A program made the position numbers and the translations under genes. The notes beneath the pieces are model-generated. The model worked only from the letters and a program-made list of their open reading frames with translations. It made no database searches and was not told the DNA's origin. From assembly GCA_013265495.1 (NCBI GenBank), contig MU058065.1:2829003-2893002 (forward strand): a DNA stretch of 64,000 nt. The letters run 5' to 3'. Position 1 is the first letter of the stretch. The number at the start of each line of letters is the position of its first letter. Source of the stretch: Vicugna vicugna (lineage: Eukaryota). Of this stretch, positions 52,362-63,985 are shown one piece after another.

Positions 52362-53630
52362 TCCTCCCATTCTCTCCTTAAGTGTTCTCATCCTGTCCCA
52401 CAGTTTTAAACACTGCATGCTGATGACTCCAGAGTATTATATGTGAGCCATCCCTCCTCTAAACTTCAGACTAGTATATTCTACTGCCCACCAACCATCT
52501 CTTCTTGGATGTCTAATAGAAAAGCTTAGCATGTCAACCAAACTTTTGTTGGCTAAATGATTCATAACTAGAGATGACTGGCCTATATCCAAACACTAAG
52601 CTTGCACACAATGTCAGTGGAGTCAGGGAAATACTGGTGTTTCAGAAACAGCAAAGTTGTGCTAAGCTGAAGCCATATTAAACCAACAGACTAGATTCCA
52701 GTATTTATTCTTCATACGCCAACACTAAAACATGATTTGCTTAGCAGAGCAACTGAGACTTAAAATGGACTTTTACGAATAACAGAACTGCTGTGAACTG
52801 TTGACTTAATACACAAATGCCCTCAAACAAAGCTTAGAAAACATGCGTAATATTAGAGCTGGCTAGAGGCCCAGAGGCTTTATAATCCAGTAATCCTATT
52901 TGAAAGTTTGTTTCAGTCATAACGGTATAGTAGATGAAGTGAATTCTTTGCTCTACCTACATTTTTTCTCTGGGGCATTCTACCATCACACCTGCTATCT
53001 CTAAACATCTGAACTAGGAGTCTATGTTCTGATCATTTCCCTGCTGAAAATACCACCATGAAAAATCCTCCTCAGGGTCAGTCTTCACAGGTGGCCAGGA
53101 GGTCACCAAAGGCTGCTCACCTCTTCCCTTCCTGCCCTGTCACTGACCACTGACTCCTATCAGTGCACTGCCCTGTGTGTCTCCTAAGGTCATAAGTAAA
53201 ATGATCATCTCAGCAGGGTTCATAGGGGAAAAAAAAAACAGATTCCTCAAATATTCCCCTTCCAGGTGGCATTTTTACTTTTGACCTTGGTCTTCTGGAG
53301 GCAATGTCCCTTGCCTCTCCTGCGTAACTCAAGACCATGAGGATAAGCAACCACGGGGGACAGGTACGTAACACCAGTCAGGATAATCACTCAAGCTGGC
53401 AGGGTCTCATTAACTCTCAGGCAAAGAGAGTCTACATAGGCCTCCACCTGATGTCGAAAGAAAGCAGAAACACCAAGAATCGATTTTAATCAGTGGTTAC
53501 AACCAAAAGTAAAGACTAAGATAGGAATAATGGCATCAAGTCCTGTGGAAACAATGCACTCTAAAAGTCATTGCAAGGGCTAGGCACTTCTCCAACTGAA
53601 ATACCTGTGCAACCAGTCTGAAGGACTTAC

Positions 53631-53735
53631 CAGCACTGATTTTGCACATTCCAAAGAATCACTGCCTTACACCCACATAAGCAGAGTCAGAAAACAAGAG
53701 CTCCTGAATGATAAATGCCCTATCTGAATTGCTAT
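53631..53735 (-). pseudogene. Pseudo-exon, N-terminus of DH unit B
   Basis: attctgcag| ... ctg|gtaagt. Reads DSNSDRAFIIQELLFSDSAYVGVRQ*, the closest match in the window to the DH helix-1 consensus R..IIQELL.(T/S)E..YV. Confidence 0.7.
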
Positions 53736-54833
53736 CTGCAGAATATATCAACCACCCAAGCACAAAATAATAAATCTTAAGATTTTTCCAGAGGTCAGAA
53801 TGAGGGGAACATGAATTTAAGAGTGTTTTTTTTTTTTTGCTACTTTGAATTTCTCAAAACTGCTATAAATTATCTAAGTCTCATATAATTAATAGGCTTT
53901 CTCAGAGTTTATAAGCTTTCAACATGGTCTTTTCAGCTCCTATTAAAGAAGGGTTAACAAATAAATTAAACATCTTTAAAACTGTGGTAGCTTAAGGGTG
54001 TTTCTTGTGTTTCCATAGATTCTTAAAGGGCAATAATAGCTGACTAAAAATACTCAACAGGAATTTTTGTTTTAGAGACTTGACCAATATTATAGGGAGC
54101 AAATTCTGACAATAGTTTTACTGCAAAGAATGAGAGATTTAAGTGAGTATGTTGAGTTAGGGCTACACTTGTGATGCTTGCCCCCAACCCCATGCCAAGT
54201 TCTATACTATAGGTTGGTGGTGGTGTCTGTGGTGGTGGTGGTGGTGGTGTTTTATTGTTGTCGTTGCTGTTCCTGTTGTGTTGTCATTGTTGCTGTTTTG
54301 TCACAGCTCTGTAATTTTTGAAATTGGCTCTGGGAATAGTTGCCACTAAGTCTAGAGACACAACAATTGATGGGAAAAATACTTTAAGGAGTAAGTATAA
54401 TCACTTCATTCAAATGGCCTAAAAAGCGACCAGTAACTTTTGGCCCATCGAAAATATTCACACAAGAGATCCTAGGAGACAAGGGAAAATCTATCTTTTA
54501 ATAATATCAGAGAAGTATGTAAAATGTTTATGTAGAAAGTCCTAAGATTTTGACAGGGGAAAATAAGAAGACCCTTGCGTAAATGGTTTTGTTTGGAAAT
54601 CCAGAGGTGCCAGGGATGGAAAGATATAGATGGAATGCTAGGAGTTCTCTTATTAGTACTACTGTACTTTCCAGCTAATGTTGTATGTTCACCTGAAGGA
54701 TTTATATTTATGTTGAATATCAGTATAAACCAAATCAGTTTTTCTCTTGGCAACCCAGATGCGAAGCGTTTTCTCTACCAAGAGCCCCCAGGAAGTCTAA
54801 ATTCATTGAATTACAGATATGTTCTTCCTTCAC

Positions 54834-54922
54834 CTGCTTTGTCCTTCAGACTGAGCAAGACCCAATCAGTCCTCTAGTCCACTTGGTGTTCAGGTGTAGT
54901 GAAGGAGAAACTGGCCAGTGAT
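54834..54922 (-). pseudogene. Pseudo-exon, PH C-terminal helix-like (unit A)
   Basis: Reads SFSFTTPEHQVD*RTDWVLLSLKDKA, with Trp at the PH helix position. Donor cag|gtgaag; phase 1 fits the next exon. Acceptor weak. Confidence 0.45.
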
Positions 54923-55184
54923 CTGTGCTTACAGTTCAAATAATTACTGAATTGAAAGCTAAGTTACATCCTCACTCATTGTCCACCAAAGCAGATGACT
55001 TAGAGCTGTGCAGATGATCCTCGAGTGGCTAGCCACGCTGGGCTTGGTGGGTTCATTTAAGGCACTGACTGTTCAGGGAACGTTTATAAAATCCAGAGAT
55101 CTACTTATCTGTCGTTTGCCCAGAATCTCATTGCACCTGACATTTCAGTAGATTTAAAAGCCTTGAGGGAGACCGAATGCTTAC

Positions 55185-55257
55185 ACTAGCTGATATTTAC
55201 TTTTAAAAAGTCATAGCTGTGTTCATGCTCTCTTATTGCTGCACGCTGGATAACAGC
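55185..55257 (-). pseudogene. Pseudo-exon, PH-like N-terminal part (unit A)
   Basis: Long polypyrimidine tract, then cataag|; donor |gtaagc. Reads AVIQRAAIREHEHSYDFLKVNIS*, in frame with the preceding exon. Confidence 0.5.
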
Positions 55258-55809
55258 CTTATGAAAAGCAGTGAAATCAGATAAAAAAAAAATACAACAC
55301 TTAGTCAGTGTTGTGTCAGGGACCCAGCAGCCCAGCAGCCCAGAGCTGCCAAAACACATCTGCTTTGTTTTGTGACACATGGTGGGGCCGAAGGGAGACA
55401 CCAATTTTCGGGTTCATCTTCTGGGGTTAGAGCCAAGTCCATACAGCTCTGAGCATGGCCATAACCACCTAGGATGAGTCGAGGGCCACATACAGGAAGC
55501 TTACTTCTTCAGGCTCTGGAATCAAATGACCTGAGCTTTGGATCCTGGCTCCAATACTCATCGATCTGTGACCCTGGAAAAGTGGCTTAACCTCTCTAAA
55601 CCTCCATTCTTTTCATTCAAAGGAATTCAATGCTTACCTTAGAATTATTATGAAAGCTACATAAGAAAATATGTGTGCAAAGAAACACTCAAAAATGTTT
55701 ATCATTATTAAAAATGATAAAATTAAATAAAAATGAATATAAACTTTTAATGCAAATTTTGTCTACCAGGCTTTTAGCAATAATTAAGGAAAGCTAGAGG
55801 TCATCTTAC

Positions 55810-56095
55810 AAGACCTAAACTCTATGTCCATTAACCAGCAATTCCCCATCTTCTACCCCCTCAGCTCCTGGCAACCACCATTCTACTTCCTGCCTCTATA
55901 AGTTTAACTACTTTAGATACTTCATGTAAGTAGAATCATATGGTACTTGCCTTTTTGCAACTGGCTCATTTCAACTAGCATAAAGTCTTCCGGATTTACC
56001 CATACTGTAGCATATGACAGTATTTCCCTCTTTTTTAAGGCAAAATAATATTCCATTATATGTATATGCCACTTTTTCTTTATCCATTTATCTGT
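55810..56095 (-). mobile_element. L1MB-type 3' fragment
   Basis: cctggcaaccaccattctacttcctgcctctata..gtaagtagaatcatatgg. Confidence 0.75.
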
Positions 56096-56954
56096 TGAAA
56101 GAATAAAAGTCCCGTGTTAGAGGGAGTGAATTTCTTTAAATGGAAGTCACTGAGGTTTTTGCTCAATACATGGATTTTCTTATTGTTGATGATGATCATT
56201 TCATAAGCTAAAGTTCTGTAATGTTGAGGAGGACCAAAGTGATAAGAAAATGCCTCTCTGAGGATGTGGCATTCAAGTTGAGACTTGCATGAAGAAACGG
56301 GAGCCACACTATCTAGGGGAAGAGTACTCCAAGTGCAAAAAGTCTGAGATGACGGTGAGGTATTTGGTGTCAGAAAGTAGGTGCGTGCCTGCAGCAGCAG
56401 CCGAAAGAGACCTCGCTGTGCCCACATGGTCCTGGATTGTCTGACCCCCTTCACCCTCTGACCTCATCACTTGCTACTCTGCCCTGCATCCTCCACGCAG
56501 CCGCTCTCACGTCCTTACAGCCCTTCTATTACTTTTGGTGTGCTTCAGCCTTAGGACCATTCTGTGGGCTCTTCTTTCTTTCTGGAATGCTCTTCTGTTC
56601 ATATTTGCCTGTCCAACTCCCTCTTTCCTTCAAGTTTTTGTTCAAATTTCACCTGACTTCCCTGCTTGAAACTGTATCACACACTGTCTCCCACCAGCTC
56701 ACCTCCACACCCCTTACTTTTTCCTTTCCACTTATCTCCTAATGCACGATTTGACTTGCATATAGTTACTGCTTATCCTCTTCCTCCAACAGAGGATAAG
56801 TTCCTTGAGAGAAGACTTTCGTTTTGTTCACTGATGTATCCCAAGTATCCAGGACTTTCCCAGGCAAATAGTAGCTGCTCAAATACATATTTTTTGAAAG
56901 ATATAGCAGAAGAGAAGGAAAGAAAGATTCCTCTTCCCAATGCTATTTTCTTAC

Positions 56955-57079
56955 CATGGAACTAGTGTATACGTTTTCGCCCTGCAGCACCACATCTGCC
57001 TCCAATCCCTGGAGTCTGCTTTGTATTTTAGAACCTATGTCCTGAATATTAGACTTGACTATAATTACAATAGATTGCC
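56955..57079 (-). pseudogene. Pseudo-exon, DH-PH linker of unit A
   Basis: cctcttctcag| ... atg|gtaaga. Open frame NIQDIGSKIQSRLQGLEADVVLQGENVYTSSM, resembling 'IQ.RL.G.E.DLV..GR'. Phase-0 exit matches the next exon. The 5' boundary is uncertain. Confidence 0.6.
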
Positions 57080-58387
57080 CTGAGAAGAGGCCAAATCCCA
57101 TTGTAACCACTTTCAGGGACTGTCCCACTTATTTCATTGCCCTAGAATTGTAATATGCAGAATGCTACTGGGGGGAAAAAAGTAGGTCATTGGTTTAGAA
57201 TTGGAAATACTTTAGTTGTTGGTGTTATTAAGCTGGGATGTTTTGTTGTGATAATACTGATTGTGAGAGAACTTAAACTATTTTTCTTGCCTTTAAATTT
57301 TTCTTTTGGGGTAGCTATTCTTAGCACAGATGCTAGTGTCTGTCAAAATGTATACAAAACCTGAACACTGAAGTTCTGAGTTTAAATACAGGCTGTAGCT
57401 GTATTCATTGCTTCTCATAGCTCCATGTGGCTTATCTCTTTGACTTTTCTAACATACAGGATATGTATTTCCTAGAGGAACAGGCCATTTTCTATCTGCC
57501 TATCACATCAATGGGGTAGGGCAAATCAGAAGGGTAGATACTTCATTACTGTAAGATTTAACACTAAGATCAGTCTTGATAACATTTTACCCAAAATTCC
57601 CTGAGGAAGCCAGGAAGAAAATTCTACAGATTTTTTTTTTATGTGTGTTGAGGTTGGGGCAAGGGTTAGCATAAAATACATTTATAAAAGCTTACTGCTG
57701 TGTATATGTTGATCGTCAGGGCTAATCCAGAAAATAGATTCTCATGATCCTTAAGAACTAGAATAAAATGTCAGCACACAGCACACATTCTCCAGATTGG
57801 AAATATCTGTGTTGTCCAAGTTCTCACTTTGTCCCATAATCAAAGGGGCAGCTCCTGAAACACTGGGGTCTTTCAAAAGCATACCAGGCTTTTTTGAAAT
57901 AATAATGCAAGGTGTCCTGAATTTAGGATGTCCTAAGTATTTTTGACTCTTTGAGGGTGTAGGGCTAATTTTCCATCATTGTTGGCCCCAATTATTTTGA
58001 TCTATAGATCAACTCAATTTAAAAATAACAAGTTTTGTTTAAAATAGACCATAAATTATTATTTTGCATACTTTTAAGAAAGAAAAACTATTTGCTAACT
58101 GAGCTATGACCAATATTTTCTCATTATTGAGGATATTTATACTTGTATAATTATTTATCATATATCATTCTTATGCACATATTTGTATATAGGTGAAATA
58201 AATATAAGCAAGGTAAATTAAGATATTTCTAAACTGTCTTTTCATTCAGATTTCAATCTTTTGAATAAATTTTCAACTTAGAGCATTGGTGACAAACACT
58301 CTCAAGGAGTTCACTACTATTTCTGGATTTCCTGCTATTCTGACGTCTATTCCAAGAGCTTTGTTATTGGTACTTTCTTCATCTTAC

Positions 58388-58526
58388 CAAGTTGTCAACT
58401 AAAAGTTTTTAGACAACTAAAACTCAGGTCCTCTGTCAAACAGTCTAGACATAATTTGTCGACGGCAGCCCCGAGGGACTACCATTGTTTTTACACCCTA
58501 CTAGGCATTATAACCCCTTTGCTCAT
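58388..58526 (-). pseudogene. Pseudo-exon, DH unit A conserved region 3-like
   Basis: ttttcactacctgcag| ... ttg|gtaaga. Reads GLPSTNYV*TV*QR, then after a shift PEF*L, resembling DH 'GL.L.SYL..PVQRIP.Y.L'. Retains several CpGs. Confidence 0.55.
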
Positions 58527-59604
58527 CTGCAGGTAGTGAAAACTGTATCTTTTGATTGACAGCAATCGTAAAAGACTATCATTGAATGCATCCTGTATTC
58601 AAAGATGTTGAAATGTTAAAAAAAAAAAGAAGTGTGTATTTGAATGAATGAAATACAGTAATTCTTCTATCATTCTGTAGTTCCTAACCACTTAAATGGC
58701 AAGATGGGAATAAAAGATCCTGAAAAGAATCAACATTCTAGGAAATATTTCTTGACTTTTAAAAATTTAAGTAAATTTGGCATGGCCATAAACACCCAAG
58801 CTTATACTTTGTTGTATACAAATTCAATACTAATGCTTTGGAATTTGATTTCTCAAAATTGCAGGTCTCAAAGCACTTGCATTCATTTTCTGAACTTCAG
58901 TGTTGATGAAAACTACAAAAATGAAGAAGCAATAAAAGAGCTTATAAATCCTTACCAAATAATGACAAGTCATAGCCTATTAAGTTTCCGTTAACCAAAT
59001 CACCTCCAGCACACCAGTAACAATGAATTTCAATTTCAGCTCAAATTTCTTAGTATTTAGTCACCTCAAATCCACTTTAGAAGTAGGTGGGAATAAATTT
59101 TAAATAATTTAAAAGGCTTCTATCACATTTCTTCGTAACATTCTTTGGAAATTTAAGATTACATTTTGTATTACTAAAATCCAGCCTGCTTTTCTATTAA
59201 ATGTGATCAGTTTTAGGAAATAAGTACTAACATTTTTATCACAATTCTTGATCTTGACTGAATTGGCAAATGGAATTTGGAGGCAAGGGACATATTATTC
59301 ATGTGGAAAATTTTCCTTGAGACCTAAAATGTTGTACCATTTATTGGAGTTCTTGGAAACAAATGGCAAATATTTACCAGTCCATGATTTTTAGTAGCCT
59401 GCCTTCCCCAAAGGAATAGGCAGGTGGTAAATAAAGCAAAAGCCATATTCCTTTCCACTCAGCCTGGCACAAAATGTACTGCTATTTAGACGAGCAATAA
59501 TATTTGAGTATTTCCTCACTCCAACTTGTAAATTATGAACAGTACCAAGTAGCAAACAAAATCACAGTGCTGCGTGGGATTAAAGCTGCTTGTCCTCAAC
59601 TCAC

Positions 59605-59731
59605 TACAGGTACCTTATATTCTCTTGTTAATCCTTCCACACCCTCTCTGTGTGTGAAGAATGGTTTTGTTTGTTGTTGTTTTTCATCGGGTGTGTCAAT
59701 GAGCCATCTTACTATGTCATTAACCAAACAG
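59605..59731 (-). pseudogene. Candidate pseudo-exon, middle of DH unit A
   Basis: attccttag| acceptor with an upstream pyrimidine-rich tract and a |gtgagt donor. Open frame CLVNDIVRWL...REYKVPV. Domain resemblance is weak. Confidence 0.45.
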
Positions 59732-61039
59732 CTAAGGAATATTGGAATTGTACAGAAAATGAAACTCAGGTGGTAGTAATTACCACGTCTAATAAACCCA
59801 CACAATACTTTTATACACTGAATATTTAACAGTTACAGGACACAATATTAAATTCTGAAAACATTGCATGGTAATTTCCCTTTTCCTATGGATGAGAATG
59901 CTAAAATCTTCTGAACTACAGAAGCCCAAAGGAAAGCTAAGCTATACTTGGTCATGGACTTTAAAGCTACAAGCGACTAAAAGATCTTGTCCATTTCTCT
60001 TATCTTACAAGTAAGGAAACTGAAGCTCTAGGAAGCTGAATGTTGCCCAAGATGATATGGTTGGAAAACTGAAACCCAAGGCATGTCTCTGGGCTCCCAA
60101 ACCAGTATCCTGCCCCTTCTCCATATAGAATATGTGATGGGAGAGCCTCAGAGATGTGTTCATTGCTAGACTTCAATTTCTTTAGAGACCTAACTTGACT
60201 CATCTAGAAACAAAGTCTAAAACTGAAAATCTGAGTACATTGGATGCCTAAATGCTGAGAGTCAGACTGCATCTGAATCAAATTATTCCTAAAAAAAACA
60301 AGTAACATTAATTCAGCACTCACTAGTAGAACTAAAGCTCATTACTGACATTAATTAGCAATCCCACACACTATCCCTTTGAGGTAAGTTAAGCATTATT
60401 AGCTCTACAGAACTGATGAGGGATCCAGCTCTACATACATTTTATATGTTTGTTGTCAAGTGCCAGAGCTCCTAAAACTCAGAAATGCGCCCCCAATCTA
60501 ATCACTCCTAGGACCACAGTGGGACTCTAAGAGCACTAATTTTCAAATCTGGTTTTCAGTTTACACTGATGCCATGGAGCTTAGCTACCATTAACTTTCT
60601 GTTAGCCATCATGTCCAGCTCATTGCCTGCAAAGCCAGTCAATCAACAGACATCTATTCATCCCCTGCTGATGCCATCCTGTGTGGGGGCTGGTCAAGAA
60701 GGACCCAGATAAACTGAGCCCTGCCTGCCTGGAGCTTCCCATGCAGCCCTGCCTCCACCATTTGTCAAACTTTTCTTGATGCTAGCTTATGACTAAGAGA
60801 GATAATAAGGTGGGAAAAAACTTTTTATGACCTATGATTACCTCCAATCTTGGCCACATGGCATCCAACCAAGATTTCCGACACACCTACTAAGTGCATT
60901 TCCCTATACAATGTACTAGGAATTAAGCAGTCTCTTCCAGGTGGCTGACGGCTTGGTGGTCAGCCTTCTGCCAGGAGTTTACTTAAAACAAGGTTCAAAA
61001 TCAGACTAAACAAGGCAGTTGGCTTGCACTGAAGATGGG

Positions 61040-61245
61040 AGCTCATAGTTAGTAAATGTTTACTACATTCTAGGAAATTTAAGTAGATGATTTTATTTTC
61101 ACAACCCTATGAGATAGGTATTATTGACACCATTTTATAAATGGAGAACCTGAAGTACAGAAGTGAAATAACTTACTCTAGTGCAGAGCCAGGATTCAAA
61201 CCCAAGCCTGTCTACTACCAAAGTCCATGTTCTTATCCACTGCTG
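61040..61245 (-). mobile_element. MIR SINE
   Basis: cacaaccctatgagataggtattattgacaccattttataaatggagaacctga..gagccaggattcaaaccca. Confidence 0.75.
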
Positions 61246-61669
61246 CTGTGGTCCCAGTGACAAAAATAATGGAAGTAAGAAGAGGGATGTACCCCACCTT
61301 CACTTCCAGTTCCTTTACCAAAATCAGACTAGGTCTCTCTTAGCTAAAACCAAGAGATGAATAATAGTAGCAGTCAGGTCTAGTCCTGTCACCCTAAACA
61401 ACATAGAGATTAATTCTAGGAACTGTTAAAACTGAAGAGAAACCAGATGAAGATTGTGATGATATGTTACTACAAAGGCTAAAAAAGATGAGAAGACCTG
61501 TTGTTCATAACAGTTTTCATAAACCTGCCAAATATTCTAAGTGAGGCACTGAACCTCTGTATATGATCTCCATATTTGTCAGTAAAAGCCACAGGATTTT
61601 AAAATTAATGTCATCTTTTTTCTAAGCTTTGAATTATTAAACAACAATTTATTGACTGCATATTGTGGT

Positions 61670-61890
61670 TCACACAGTGGTTAAGAGCCTTGGCTTTACA
61701 ATTCAGCTTTGCCACTTTCCATCCGAGTGGCCTGTTGTGCCTTAGTTAGCCACTCTGAACCTCAGTTTTCTCATCTAGAATGAGTATTCAATCCAACGTT
61801 ATCAGGATTGTTGTGTGGATTAAAGAAATGATTTATATAAAGCAGTGGGCACATAATCTGCATTCAGTAAATGTTACTATTACTATTAGT
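61670..61890 (+). mobile_element. MIR SINE
   Basis: cagtggttaagagc..ctctgaacctcagttttctcatct..ggattgttgtgtggattaa. Confidence 0.75.
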
Positions 61891-62054
61891 CATTGCATAC
61901 TCATGTATAAAATGTCACAGAGTGATGCAAGAAAGTATTAAAGGAAGTCCTTTCCATCAAGGGATCTATAATTTATTTGAGACCTACAGACACATCAGTG
62001 TGCAAACTATATGAGACAACTTATAAGGAAGTGCTAAGCAGTGTAAGTACTGTG

Positions 62055-62220
62055 GACCAGCACTTGTCAGACTTTAATGTGCACACTGATCCCCAGGGGG
62101 TCTTGTTAAAAGGCAGTTGCTGATTCAGCAGGTCTGAAGTGGAGCCTGAGGGTCTGCATTTCTAACAAGCTCTCTTGTGATGCTCCTTGTTAATAGTTCA
62201 TGGACCACACTTTGAATAGT
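62055..62220. mobile_element. MER5A hAT element
   Basis: tcttgttaaaa..gctgattcagcaggtctgaagtggagcctgagggtctgcatttctaacaagctc..ggaccacactttga. Confidence 0.85.
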
Positions 62221-62993
62221 GATGCTGTCATGTTTAGAGGTGGGAGAGGGCTGCTCAGTAAGGGCTGGAGCAGTAGCTTTGGAAGAGGGATGGAAATGAG
62301 CTAGGGCTTGAAAGACAAATGGGACATGGACACCTTAAAAAGAGATAGGTGAGCTCCTAGGCACAGGAATGCCATGGTGGGAAGGCAGGAAGATAAGTGG
62401 AACAATAAGGAAACAGTCAGTTGGTTGACAAAGTCTCTACTCCTGTCCCCTCTATGGGGTGTAGCATGGCAGTGTCTTCCATCTTAGGCAGTAGCTCTCA
62501 GTGCTCACTAGGTACCAGAACCAGAATTCTGGGCCGCCTACAGAATACAGATAGCTGAGCCCCACCCACAGAGATTCTGAAATATCTGGCCTGACTTAAT
62601 CAAACTTCAGGAGTTCATATTCCAAATATGGAGGAAAAAATAGTGCACATAACCAAGAAGTAACCACACATCACAAAAATCAGCAGTGCTGCTACTTTGC
62701 AAGTACCATCAATAGCTCAGAATCTCTTAAGTAGTTAATGAGTTCTGAGCTATGGGGAAATTGAGGCAAATTGTATCTTGTGATTTACCCTTGTCTGCAT
62801 GGCCCATTAGTGCTACATAAATAACTTTGGGAAGATTTATTAATGCCAAATTTATGATTTTTGATTTCTAATCATCTATGCTTCTGTAGATGCTAGGTTA
62901 ATTATTATTTAATACATTCTTTCAGTAACTTTCAGGAGTTTTTACTACACCATTCAATATTAATTTTTTTTTAATTCTTAAATATAGGATCAC

Positions 62994-63224
62994 CATTTTT
63001 CCTTTGCTAGTCTGGAAGGATGTCAACTCTTTCCACAATTTCTCAGAAATACTGGCTTGTTGCTCCATAGTTCTTGGAAAAATCCAGGAAACGGGTCACA
63101 AGACCCTGCTGATTTGAATGCCCCAGGTTTTCCAGATACTCTGAAAGGAGTTCATTCCTTCTTATAATTTATTATTCCTTCAAAACCAAATCAGTCCCCA
63201 AACAATAATTCATCTTTGATCTTT
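62994..63224 (-). pseudogene. Pseudo-exon, N-terminus of DH unit A
   Basis: tttatcctctacag| ... atg|gtgatc, 231 nt. Frame 0 reads KDQR*IIVWGLIWF*RN...WIFPRTMEQQASISEKLWKELT, resembling DH 'R..II.EL..SE..Y' and 'IF.NIE.I...H..FL.EL'. Confidence 0.6.
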
Positions 63225-63332
63225 CTGTAGAGGATAAATTAAAGAAGATGTTAAGTGTGCCTACCTTTAAATCACCTTCTATAATTAGATTTCCCTTCCT
63301 CAATGTGAGAGATGTAAATTTTATATAATTAC

Positions 63333-63510
63333 TCTCTTCTATTTAATAATTTAAATAACTTTGTGTGTCTTTAATGTCCCCTACAAAATGATCTCCTGTT
63401 TAGCTGAAGCTCTCCTAAAATAGCACAATTTCCATGACCCATGAAAGACACTGAATACATATTTCCCAATACATTTTCTTGCATAATGTTTCTTGCTAGT
63501 CTTTTTAGTT
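63333..63510 (-). pseudogene. Pseudo-exon, PH-domain C-terminal-like segment
   Basis: Acceptor ctcattcatcttgcag| at 63511. One frame reads KYVFSVFHGSWKLCYFRRASAKQEIIL*, resembling the PH last strands and helix; the TAG may be a former TGG. Donor ambiguous (gtaggg 63384 or gtaatt 63332). Confidence 0.45.
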
Positions 63511-63569
63511 CTGCAAGATGAATGAGACAATAGGGACAATGTAGGGAGAGAAAGAGACTGAATATTGAG

Positions 63570-63698
63570 AGAGAAGGAGGCAAGGGAGCAGGGAGGGTGG
63601 GGGAAGGAGAAAGAAAGAAGGAGAGAGAGAAGAAAAAGAAAGAGAAAGAAAGAAAGAAAGAAAAGAAAGAAAGAAAGAAAGAAAGAAAGAAACAAACA

Positions 63699-63730
<32 letters not shown>

Positions 63731-63829
63731 AAAGGGAGGGAGGGAGGGAGGGAGGAAGAGAAGAAGGAAGGGAAGAAGAAAGGGAGGAAGGGAGGAAGGG
63801 AGGAAGGAAGGAAGGAAGGAAGGAAGGAA

Positions 63830-63863
<34 letters not shown>

Positions 63864-63985
63864 AAAGGGAGGGAGGGAGGAAGAGAAGAAGGAGGGGAAG
63901 AAGGAAGGGAGGAAGGGAGGAAGGAAGGAAGGAAGGAAGGAAGGAAGGAAGGAAGGAAGGAAGGAAGGAAGGATGGAGAAAGAAA
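63570..63985 (+). repeat. Compound polypurine microsatellite (GAAA)n/(GGAA)n/(GGGA)n
   Basis: About 400 bp of nearly pure A/G. It generates the spurious 206-aa F/L/S/P-rich minus-strand ORF. Confidence 0.95.

Larger units (their letters stand above)
17200..63510 (-). pseudogene. Decayed unprocessed multi-exon pseudogene of a tandem multi-(DH-PH) Rho guanine-nucleotide exchange factor-like gene; 5' end probably lies beyond the window
   Basis: About 25 AG..GT-bounded segments, all on the minus strand and in non-repeat sequence. Three DH helix-1-like motifs: QR*IIVWGLIWF*RN (63.2 kb), RAFIIQELLFSDSAYV (53.7 kb), I*KFVISRLLSQSSHL (29.35 kb). Each is followed in order by other DH-like and PH-like motifs. 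Many in-frame stops and frameshifts. Terminal AATAAA at 17220-17225. Confidence 0.7.

Noticed and set aside
17200..63510. Assignment of the fossil to TRIO, KALRN, FGD, FARP, ECT2L or a named ARHGEF
   Set aside because: The reconstructed peptides match none of these closely enough to name, so the gene symbol is left blank.
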